In this document: one piece after another, positions 49,344-56,087 of the stretch
How the letters are laid out: each line of letters begins with the position of its first letter
Position numbering within the stretch: the first letter of the stretch is position 1
DNA from: PVC group bacterium
GTDB taxonomy: Bacteria; Auribacterota; Erginobacteria; Erginobacterales; PUNC01
Assembly: GCA_003551625.1 (NCBI GenBank)
Contig: PUNC01000243.1
Coordinates: forward strand, 1-60,741
Length of the DNA stretch: 60,741 nt
Direction: 5' to 3'
The notes under the pieces: generated by a model
What the model saw: only the letters and a program-made list of their open reading frames with translations
Told to the model about the DNA's origin: nothing
Databases searched by the model: none
Program-made: the position numbers and the translations under genes

Positions 49344-51077
49344 TTACCCGCCGGCTTTTGAAGCGATTTCTTGCTTGACCCGGGAGATAAACTCATCCAC
49401 GCCCGCCGACCCCGATTCCCCCGCCGAACGCCGGCGGATGGATACCGTGCCGGCGGCCGCTTCTTTTTCTCCCACCACCAGCATATAAGGGATCTTCTCC
49501 TTCTGGGCCTGGCGGATCTTCCAGTTCAGCTTCTCCGGCCGATCGTCCAGCTCAACCCGGATCCCCTCCCCGACAAACCTTTCCTTCACTCCGGACGCGT
49601 AATCGAGCGCCTTGGCCGAGACCGGCAGTATCCGGGCTTGCACCGGGGAGAGCCACAACGGAAAAGCCCCGGCGTAATGCTCGATCAGTATTCCCAAAAA
49701 CCTTTCCACCGAACCCAGCGCCGCGCGATGGATCATTACCGGCCGGTGGCGGGCCCCGTCGGGCCCGACGTATTCCAGATTAAAACGCGCCGGCATGGAA
49801 AAATCAAGCTGGATGGTCCCGCACTGGTAGCTGCGCTTGAGGCTGTCGCGGATATGAAAATCGATCTTGGGGCCGTAGAAGGCCCCCTCCCCTTCGTTGA
49901 TCTGAAAATCTATTCCCGCTTCCCGGAGCGCGGCGGCGAGAGCGGCCGTGGCGGTTTCCCAATCCTCGACGCTCCCGATAAAGGATTCCGGACGGGTGGA
50001 AATTTCGACTTGGTATTCGCTGAAACCGACCGTGCGGTAGATCTCCAGGATCAGGGAAGCCACTTCGACGATCTCGTCTTTGATCTGTTCCGGCAGGCAA
50101 AATATGTGGGCGTCGTCGATTACGAAACTCTGAACCCGGAACAGACCGTGCAGGACTCCGGTCAACTCCCGCCGGTGAACCCTTCCCAGTTCGGCGATCC
50201 GGAGCGGAAACTCCCGGTAGGAATGCTGGGTCTGCTTGTAGTAAATGATCACGCCGGGACAGTTCATCGGCTTGAGAGCGAAACCCTGTTCGCCGAACTT
50301 GACGAAATACATATGGTCCTTGTAATGGTCCCAGTGGCCGCTCTGATGCCAGAGGCTGTCTTCGAGAACCACCGGAGTCATTATCTCCCGGTAACCTCTC
50401 GCGCGATGAACTTCTCTCCAGTATTCCACCACGGACTGATAAAGGACCACGCCCCGGGGATGAAAGAAGGGGCTGCCCGGCGCTTCGGGATGGAGGCTGA
50501 ACAGGTCCAGTTCCTTGCCCAGGCGACGGTGATCCCTTTTCCTGGCTTCTTCGACCAGCTTGAGGTATCCCTCGAGGCTTTTTCGGTCCGGGAAAGCGGT
50601 TCCATAGATCCTCTGGAGCATCGGCTTCTGCTCGTCGCCCTTCCAGTAGGCCCCGGCCAGGCTCAGCAGCTTAAAGGCCTTGATCTGACCGCCGCGCTCC
50701 AGGTGGGGGCCCTGGCAGAGGTCCACAAAATCACCGTGGCGATAAACCGTTATCTTCTCGCCTTTGAGCCCTTCCAGGAGTTCAAGCTTGTAGTCCTCTC
50801 CCAGCCGCCGGAACAGGTCGACGGCTTCCTGGTGGGAGAGTTCCCGCCGCTCGAAGGGATGGTCCTCGGCGATGATCTTTTCCATCTCCCGCTCGATCTC
50901 CTCGAACCGCTCGGGGGTGACGGCTTCGGGAATGTCGAAGTCATAGTAGAAGCCGTCCTCGATCGCCGGTCCGATGCCCAGCCGGACGGAGGGGAAGAGA
51001 CGCTTGACCGCCGCCGCCATAACGTGGGCGGCGCTGTGGCGAAGCGTATCCAATTGTTCCGAATCCCGTTTATTCAT
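49344..51077 (-). CDS. thrS: Threonine--tRNA ligase lacking the N-terminal TGS domain
   Basis: Starts MNKRDSEQLDTLRHSAAHVMAAAVKRLFP, directly at the editing/SAD HxxxH region. Class II core and anticodon-binding domain follow. 577 aa. Confidence 0.9.
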   Translation of the reverse strand: MNKRDSEQLDTLRHSAAHVMAAAVKRLFPSVRLGIGPAIEDGFYYDFDIPEAVTPERFEEIEREMEKIIAEDHPFERRELSHQEAVDLFRRLGEDYKLELLEGLKGEKITVYRHGDFVDLCQGPHLERGGQIKAFKLLSLAGAYWKGDEQKPMLQRIYGTAFPDRKSLEGYLKLVEEARKRDHRRLGKELDLFSLHPEAPGSPFFHPRGVVLYQSVVEYWREVHRARGYREIMTPVVLEDSLWHQSGHWDHYKDHMYFVKFGEQGFALKPMNCPGVIIYYKQTQHSYREFPLRIAELGRVHRRELTGVLHGLFRVQSFVIDDAHIFCLPEQIKDEIVEVASLILEIYRTVGFSEYQVEISTRPESFIGSVEDWETATAALAAALREAGIDFQINEGEGAFYGPKIDFHIRDSLKRSYQCGTIQLDFSMPARFNLEYVGPDGARHRPVMIHRAALGSVERFLGILIEHYAGAFPLWLSPVQARILPVSAKALDYASGVKERFVGEGIRVELDDRPEKLNWKIRQAQKEKIPYMLVVGEKEAAAGTVSIRRRSAGESGSAGVDEFISRVKQEIASKAGG

Positions 51078-51100
51078 AAAAAAAAACCCGCGTAGGGTAA

Positions 51101-51174
51101 TGGGCGGTACTGGATTCGAACCAGCGACCTCTACGATGTCAACGTAGCGCTCTAACCAACTGAGCTAACCGCCC
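51101..51174 (-). tRNA. tRNA-Val (anticodon GAC)
   Basis: The minus strand reads GGGCGGTTAGCTCAGTTGGTTAGAGCGCTACGTTGACATCGTAGAGGTCGCTGGTTCGAATCCAGTACCGCCCA. Cloverleaf by eye, anticodon loop TTGACAT, no encoded CCA. Confidence 0.9.
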
Positions 51175-51194
51175 GGAAAGGGTAAGCCGGGATT

Positions 51195-51223
51195 AATATT
51201 CCCGTAATTCGAAGCGAAATCAA
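51195..51223 (-). promoter_or_regulatory. Candidate promoter for tRNA-Val/thrS operon (TTGATT-17-AATATT)
   Basis: The minus strand reads ggcTTGATTtcgcttcgaattacgggAATATTaatccc, 20 nt before the tRNA 5' end. Confidence 0.3.
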
Positions 51224-51226
51224 GCC

Positions 51227-51280
51227 AAAAAAATCCCCGGCCCGGCTCACTGCTCCCAACGGGGACGGAGCCGGGCCGGG
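51227..51280 (-). terminator. Rho-independent terminator after the Pro-rich small gene
   Basis: The minus strand has cccggcccggctc ... gagccgggccgggg (13-bp GC stem) followed by aTTTTTTT. Confidence 0.7.
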
Positions 51281-51301
51281 AAGAGCGGAAGTCAGGCGGA
51301 T

Positions 51302-51562
51302 TTAATGCGGCGGTTCTTTCTTTTCTTCCGGAGACCGCTGCTCGCCTCCTTCCGGAGGCTGCGATTTCTCTTCCGCCGGGGGAGGCGGCTGATCTTCCGC
51401 CGGGGGACGCGGCCTCTCTTCCGCCGGGGGACGCGGTCTCTCTTCCGCCGGGGGACGCGGCTCTTCGGGAGACGGTTTCGATGGTTTCTTGCCCGCGTTG
51501 GCAAGCATATAAACGACTATCACAGCCACCACGGCCACGATGAAAATCCAGATAACACCCAT
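51302..51562 (-). CDS. Small membrane-anchored protein with Pro/Glu-rich 8-aa repeats
   Basis: MGVIWIFIVAVVAVIVVYMLA TM helix, then (E/D)xPxPPAE x4-5. AAGGAGG 5 nt before the ATG, with its own promoter and terminator. Confidence 0.7.
   Translation of the reverse strand: MGVIWIFIVAVVAVIVVYMLANAGKKPSKPSPEEPRPPAEERPRPPAEERPRPPAEDQPPPPAEEKSQPPEGGEQRSPEEKKEPPH
51370..51465 (-). repeat. 4 x 24-nt in-frame tandem repeat
   Basis: cttccgccggggga(c/g)gcgg.. units begin at 51370, 51394, 51418 and 51442. Confidence 0.85.
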
Positions 51563-51621
51563 AATCGGCCTCCTTTCCCGAGAACCCGGTTAAAACCGGC
51601 AACCAATCGTTATGCTGATCT

Positions 51622-51650
51622 TTTATATCTTTTCCCCCATCAAAGGTCAA
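51622..51650 (-). promoter_or_regulatory. Candidate sigma70 promoter (TTGACC-17-TATAAA) for the Pro-rich small gene
   Basis: The minus strand reads aagacTTGACCtttgatgggggaaaagaTATAAAagatc. Confidence 0.45.
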
Positions 51651-51730
51651 GTCTTTATTTCCGGGGGAGCGGCCCTCCGAAAATCGGATAAACCGGAATA
51701 ATCAGGTTTAAACCGGCCGGGCTGAAATGC

Positions 51731-51760
51731 TTTACAACCCCTGAAAATGAAAGATATACT
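51731..51760 (+). promoter_or_regulatory. Candidate sigma70 promoter (TTTACA-18-TATACT) for the 51813 gene
   Basis: gcTTTACAacccctgaaaatgaaagaTATACTtttt. Confidence 0.45.
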
Positions 51761-51812
51761 TTTTCACCGGTCGAACTGGCCGGCGCAAATAAACTAAAAG
51801 GAGGATTTGAAG

Positions 51813-52181
51813 ATGAAGAAAACCGCCCTGATCGGACTGGCCCTGCTCTTCCTGCTTGCCGCTCCCCCGCTTTATTCGCAGGTAACCGTCCCGGAGAACA
51901 TCCGGGATGTAATACCGGAACACCCGGAACAGACCCTGGTGGCGGGGTTCAGCTCCGACACCAGCGATACCGTTCTTCTTTCGATTCCGGATGGATACGC
52001 CCGGGTCACCGATTTCTACAAGAATCATTTTACCGGAAGCGGCTGGAAGGTGGAGATGGAGATGAGCCTGGAAGGCGGCAATCTTCTGTCTCTTGTCAAG
52101 GAGGGCAGGCTTCTTAACCTTATGCTCAGCCGGGACGGTGAAGCGTCGACCTCGGTCAGCATCACGTTGGAAGCCCGCTGA
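51813..52181 (+). CDS. Hypothetical secreted protein
   Basis: MKKTALIGLALLFLLAAPPLYSQ signal peptide. AAGGAGG 9 nt before ATG 51813 (the track start at 51807 is a TTG). Confidence 0.65.
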   Translation: MKKTALIGLALLFLLAAPPLYSQVTVPENIRDVIPEHPEQTLVAGFSSDTSDTVLLSIPDGYARVTDFYKNHFTGSGWKVEMEMSLEGGNLLSLVKEGRLLNLMLSRDGEASTSVSITLEAR

Positions 52182-52200
52182 CCCCTTGCCCGTGCCGCAG

Positions 52201-52698
52201 TTAGCCCCCAACGGTTCTTTTCTCCAGGGCAATCAGGTAAGACTTCCAGGCGGGACCGGCCGTAAACCCCCCGACGGAACCGTCGGCCCTGATCACCCGG
52301 TGACAGGGAATAAGGAGCGGCCAGGGGTTCATTCCCAGGGCGGTTCCCACCGCCCGCCCGGCCCGGGGGCGGCCTATCCTCCTTGCCAGCCGGCCGTATG
52401 ACTCGGTCGCCCCCCAGGGGATGGCAGCGGCCCGGAGCCATACCTGTTTGACAAATTCTCCGTAAGGCTCAAGATCGGGACGAAAATTCTCCAGGGAAAT
52501 AATCCGGGCCCAATCGCGGCCGGCGACTTCATCGACGGGGTATACCTCGGGAATCCGGGGAGGCAACCGCAATGACTCCGGTTTGCCGCCTTTCCAGATC
52601 ATCGTCAGCCTGCCGATGGGGGTATCCATCGGCTCCTCCCGCCGGCCGGAGTTGAAGCTCCCGGTTCCGAATCGGTTTTCCTCTCCCGTAATCTTCAT
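52201..52698 (-). CDS. ogt: Methylated-DNA--protein-cysteine methyltransferase
   Basis: IPWGATESYGRLA..GRAVGTALGMNPWPLLIPCHRVI (PCHRV active site). ATGA overlap with the ispH-fusion stop. Confidence 0.88.
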   Translation of the reverse strand: MKITGEENRFGTGSFNSGRREEPMDTPIGRLTMIWKGGKPESLRLPPRIPEVYPVDEVAGRDWARIISLENFRPDLEPYGEFVKQVWLRAAAIPWGATESYGRLARRIGRPRAGRAVGTALGMNPWPLLIPCHRVIRADGSVGGFTAGPAWKSYLIALEKRTVGG

Positions 52699-54392
52699 CT
52701 TCCGAAAAGAAAAGCGGCCAGGCCGGCAATCACGAACTGTCCGTCAATCAATGCCTGGAATACCGGCAGGGGATAAATCCGCCTTTGCTGGAACAGCTGT
52801 TGTAAGGCCAGGGCGTAGACGTAAGCGGCGGGGGCCAGCCAGAGCCCCAGGGTGGGAGCCGCCAACCCCCCCAGCAGCAGGATGACCCCCACCACGAAGG
52901 AGTTGAGAAGCAATACCGTGATCACCGCGTTCTTCGGCCCCATCGTCACCGGCAGCGTCCGCCAGCCCATAAAACGGTCTTTCTGGGCCATGGGAAGCGC
53001 CAACAGCGTGGAGCGGTTGAATACGATCAGGAAGATCAGCGCGAAGACGCCCCCGATCATCTTGAGAGACGCCGGCGGCGAGGCGATCGCGGGAATCAGG
53101 GCGGCGACACCGGCGATGGCGCCGGCTTTCACCGATTCCCTCACCGCGGGCAGGGCCAGCGGGCTGCCGGCCGGAAATGCCAGCGGCCGCCAGCGGCCGG
53201 CGGCCAGAATCGCCGCCGGCGGCAGAAGCGCCGCCGCCGCTCCCCACGCCGGCCGGCCGACCGCCGCCAGCGAAACGAAGACCCCCGCCGCCGACACCGC
53301 TCCCAGGACCGCCGGCAGCGGGATGCCCTTCCGCTCCACCGCCCCGCTTCCGGGCCGGGCGATGTCCGCCAGACGGCGTGCCGCGAAATACTCCACGGCC
53401 AGAAACATCCCGGCCAGGGCGGAAGCCGCCCGCGCTCCGGCCCCGAGCGTGACGGCGGCGGCGTAGGTAAGCGCCCCCATCCCCAGCCCGGGATATATTC
53501 CGCTTCCGGCCAGGAAACTCAGCAGCCGGTGAAACCAGCGGCCGAAGCGGCCGCCGCAGGAGGCGAAGAGACGGTTGACTACCTCCTGGATAACCCACTC
53601 CGGGGTCGAGGCGCCCCCGACGACGCCCACCGCCCGGAACCGCTTGAGTTTTTCCGGATCGAGTTCGGCGGCGCTCTCGACCGGAATAACCACCAGGCCG
53701 AGCGAGGCGGCCAGGCGGGCCAGACGAGCGGTGTTGGCGCTGTTTCTCCCCCCCACCACGACCATCGCCTCCACCTGGGCGGCCACCCTCTTCAGTTCAT
53801 CCTGGCGGGACGAGGTCGAGGGGCAGATGGTGTCAAAAACCACCAGGTCGCGGAACTTCGAACCGATCTTTCGGATTATATCTTCAAACTCCTCGCGATT
53901 CTGCGTCGTCTGGGAGACCAGGCAGACCTTCTCCATCGGGGGCAGATCCAGAGCTTCGGCCGCCGACGAGATAACGTGTCCCCTGCCCTCCGCGAACCCC
54001 AGCAAACCCTCGACCTCGCTATGTCCCCGGTCACCGAAGATCACGGTGGAGTACCCCCGGGCGGCGAATTTCTTGATCTTGGCCTGAACCTTTACGACAT
54101 CCGGGCAGCTGGCGTCAAAAATCCGGGCCCGGGTGGCTTTGAGTCTTTCCCTCACCCCGGGCGAGACGCCATGGGCGCTGATGAACCCGGACCCGGCGCC
54201 TTCAAAATCCGCCGGGTCCCGGCTCGCCCGGATGCCGCGGCTCTTGAGCAGTTCCACCACCTGGGGGTTGTGAATAATCGGGCCGTAGGTCATTATCCCG
54301 GAATCGGAACGCTTCTCCCGCTCGAGCACCGCCTCGAGCGCGCGCTCGACGCCCATACAGAACCCGGTATTTCGGGCGACCACAATCCTCAT
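52695..54392 (-). CDS. ispH: IspH (HMBPP reductase) fused to a C-terminal polytopic UbiA-like membrane domain
   Basis: Residues 1 to about 285 look like IspH: GFCMGVERA, HNPQVV, ASCPDV, TICPST, VVGGRNSANT. Residues about 286-565 carry 7-8 predicted TM helices with ARPGSGAV and KDRFMGWRTLPVTMG, which resemble UbiA-family loop motifs. Confidence 0.8.
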   Translation of the reverse strand: MRIVVARNTGFCMGVERALEAVLEREKRSDSGIMTYGPIIHNPQVVELLKSRGIRASRDPADFEGAGSGFISAHGVSPGVRERLKATRARIFDASCPDVVKVQAKIKKFAARGYSTVIFGDRGHSEVEGLLGFAEGRGHVISSAAEALDLPPMEKVCLVSQTTQNREEFEDIIRKIGSKFRDLVVFDTICPSTSSRQDELKRVAAQVEAMVVVGGRNSANTARLARLAASLGLVVIPVESAAELDPEKLKRFRAVGVVGGASTPEWVIQEVVNRLFASCGGRFGRWFHRLLSFLAGSGIYPGLGMGALTYAAAVTLGAGARAASALAGMFLAVEYFAARRLADIARPGSGAVERKGIPLPAVLGAVSAAGVFVSLAAVGRPAWGAAAALLPPAAILAAGRWRPLAFPAGSPLALPAVRESVKAGAIAGVAALIPAIASPPASLKMIGGVFALIFLIVFNRSTLLALPMAQKDRFMGWRTLPVTMGPKNAVITVLLLNSFVVGVILLLGGLAAPTLGLWLAPAAYVYALALQQLFQQRRIYPLPVFQALIDGQFVIAGLAAFLFGR

Positions 54393-54761
54393 CTCAAGCT
54401 TCCAGGTTCAGGGGTTCAAAAGTTATAAAGCAGATTCCAGATTCTAGATTTTGGATTTCAGTCAAGCCCGGTTCCGCCCATTTTTCATCTCGGGATAACA
54501 GAAGCCCAGCAGGCCAAGTCGATAAGATGATAAGTTTATAAGTTGATAAGTGCCGGGGTTCAAAGGTTCCGGGTTTGTTCAAAGTTATTACTCGGAGCAT
54601 AAAATAGTTTACTAAGGAGAGCATAAAATAGGTTGCACGTCATTGCGAGGAGCGAAGCGACGAAGCAATCTCATTGGACATTGCGAATTGGAAATTTTAA
54701 CCCGCGGTGAAACTTTGCGGGTCGGCATTCGCTTTTAACGCTATGCCCTATGCGCTATGCG
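54393..54761. repeat. Mosaic intergenic repeat island, copy 3
   Basis: cagattc x4 stutter (54431-58). gataag 8-nt stutter (54521-52). 35-mer (54541-75). gagcataaaata x2. cattgcgaggagcgaagcgacgaagcaatc (54641-70). 30-mer (54695-724). ctatgcS x3 (54741-61), which runs into the CDS stop. Confidence 0.85.
54535..54563 (-). promoter_or_regulatory. Promoter-like site inside the repeat module (TTGAAC-17-TATAAA), facing ispH-ogt
   Basis: The minus strand reads TTGAACcccggcacttatcaactTATAAA. Confidence 0.4.
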
Positions 54762-55863
54762 TTCTTTCAACGAATTCCCTGACCGCCCGGCAAACATACT
54801 CGATCTGCTCTTCGGTCAGCTCCGGAAAGATCGGCAGCGACAGAATCTCGGCGGCCAGCCTTTCGGCCACCGGGAAATCACCGGCCGAATAACCGAGGTC
54901 GCGGTAAGCCTTCTGAAGATGAACCGGGATCGGATAGTGTATGCCGCAACCGATCCCCCGGGCGCTCAAATCGGCCAGCAGTTCGTCCCGGCGGGTGGAG
55001 CGGATCACGAAGAGATGATAGACGTGGCGGTTGCCCGGCGTTTCGGAGGGCGGGATCACGCCGGCGGAGTCCAGAAGCTCACGGTAACGATCGGCGTGGC
55101 GACGGCGGGCGTCATTCCATCCTGAAAGACGGGGCAGCTTGACGCCGAGAACGGCGGCCTGCATTGTGTCCAGGCGGCTGTTCCATCCCACGATGTCGTG
55201 ATAATACTTGCGCGACTGCCCGTAGTTCCTGAACATCCGCGCCTGCCCGGCGACCTCTTCGTCGTCGGTGACGATGGCCCCCCCGTCCCCGTAGGCGCCC
55301 AGGTTCTTCCCCGGGTAGAAACTGAAGCATCCCGCCCTCCCCATCTTCCCGCAGCGGAGGCCCCGGTATTCGGCCCCGTGAGCCTGGGCGGCGTCTTCGA
55401 TCACGACCAGGTGATACTCTTCGGCGATCGCCGCGATCGCGTCCATATCGGCGGACTGGCCGTAAAGGTGAACCGGGATGACCGCCTTGGTCCGGGGGGT
55501 AACGGCTTTCCTTACCGCCGACGGATCGATCTGGAAAGAATCTTCCCGGCAATCCACCAGGACCGGCCGCGCGCCCGCGTAGCTGATCGCGAGTACCGTG
55601 GCGATGTAGGTGTTGGCCGCCGTGATCACCTCGTCGCCCGGACCGATCCCGCAGGCTTTCAACGCCCACAGGAGGGCGTCGCATCCACTTCCGACCCCCA
55701 CGCAGTATTTCGCGCCGCAGAATTCGGCGAAGGCCTCTTCAAACGCTTCCACTTCCTCCCCAAGTATGAACGCTCCTCGTTTCATAACACTCTCGACCGC
55801 CGGGATGATCTCCGAAGCGATATTCGCGTATTGCGTCTGCAGATCGACGAACGGTATCTTCAT
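54748..55863 (-). CDS. DegT/DnrJ/EryC1 family PLP aminotransferase (WbpE/WlbC-like)
   Basis: MKIPFVDLQTQYANI..GEEVEAFEEAFAEFCGAKYCVGVGSGCDAL.. Starts at the second ATG (55863), with AAGGAG 5 nt upstream. The 576-aa track ORF is an artefactual upstream extension. Confidence 0.88.
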   Translation of the reverse strand: MKIPFVDLQTQYANIASEIIPAVESVMKRGAFILGEEVEAFEEAFAEFCGAKYCVGVGSGCDALLWALKACGIGPGDEVITAANTYIATVLAISYAGARPVLVDCREDSFQIDPSAVRKAVTPRTKAVIPVHLYGQSADMDAIAAIAEEYHLVVIEDAAQAHGAEYRGLRCGKMGRAGCFSFYPGKNLGAYGDGGAIVTDDEEVAGQARMFRNYGQSRKYYHDIVGWNSRLDTMQAAVLGVKLPRLSGWNDARRRHADRYRELLDSAGVIPPSETPGNRHVYHLFVIRSTRRDELLADLSARGIGCGIHYPIPVHLQKAYRDLGYSAGDFPVAERLAAEILSLPIFPELTEEQIEYVCRAVREFVERTHSA

Positions 55864-55866
55864 CAT

Positions 55867-56087
55867 TTCTCCTTGGGCAGGCTTTTCATACTGCTTTCCT
55901 AAGATATCCCCGTTTTTCCAAACCTGTCGGAATAATCCGGTTTGAGTATGTGTAAGAGTACGTGTGAGAGTACGTGTAAGAGTATGGGATGGATAAGAGT
56001 TCACCTTCGACATTGGACATTGAGAATTGGGAGTTGGACATTCGCTTTTAACCCTGCGCGCTCTGCGCTTCGCGTCTTTTCCCCATC
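55867..56087. repeat. Mosaic intergenic repeat island, copy 4
   Basis: ttttccaaacctgtcggaataatccggtttga (55914-45). 12-nt units gtaYgtgtRaga (55946-93). cattgga 7-nt stutter x5 (56011-45). ctgcgcg/ctctgcg/cttcgcg (56054-74). Confidence 0.85.

Noticed and set aside
51165-51691. 161-aa, 128-aa and 70-aa ORFs overlapping the Pro-rich small gene
   Set aside because: These are alternative frames of the same 24-nt repeat (RRGTRP.., SPGGRE.. repeats). Only the 86-aa frame has an SD, a TM helix, a promoter and a terminator in register.
52744-53598. 284-aa and 204-aa ORFs overlapping the ispH C-terminal domain
   Set aside because: These are out-of-frame or antisense shadows (Gly/Arg/Pro-rich). The ispH frame encodes coherent hydrophobic helices and is continuous with the IspH domain.
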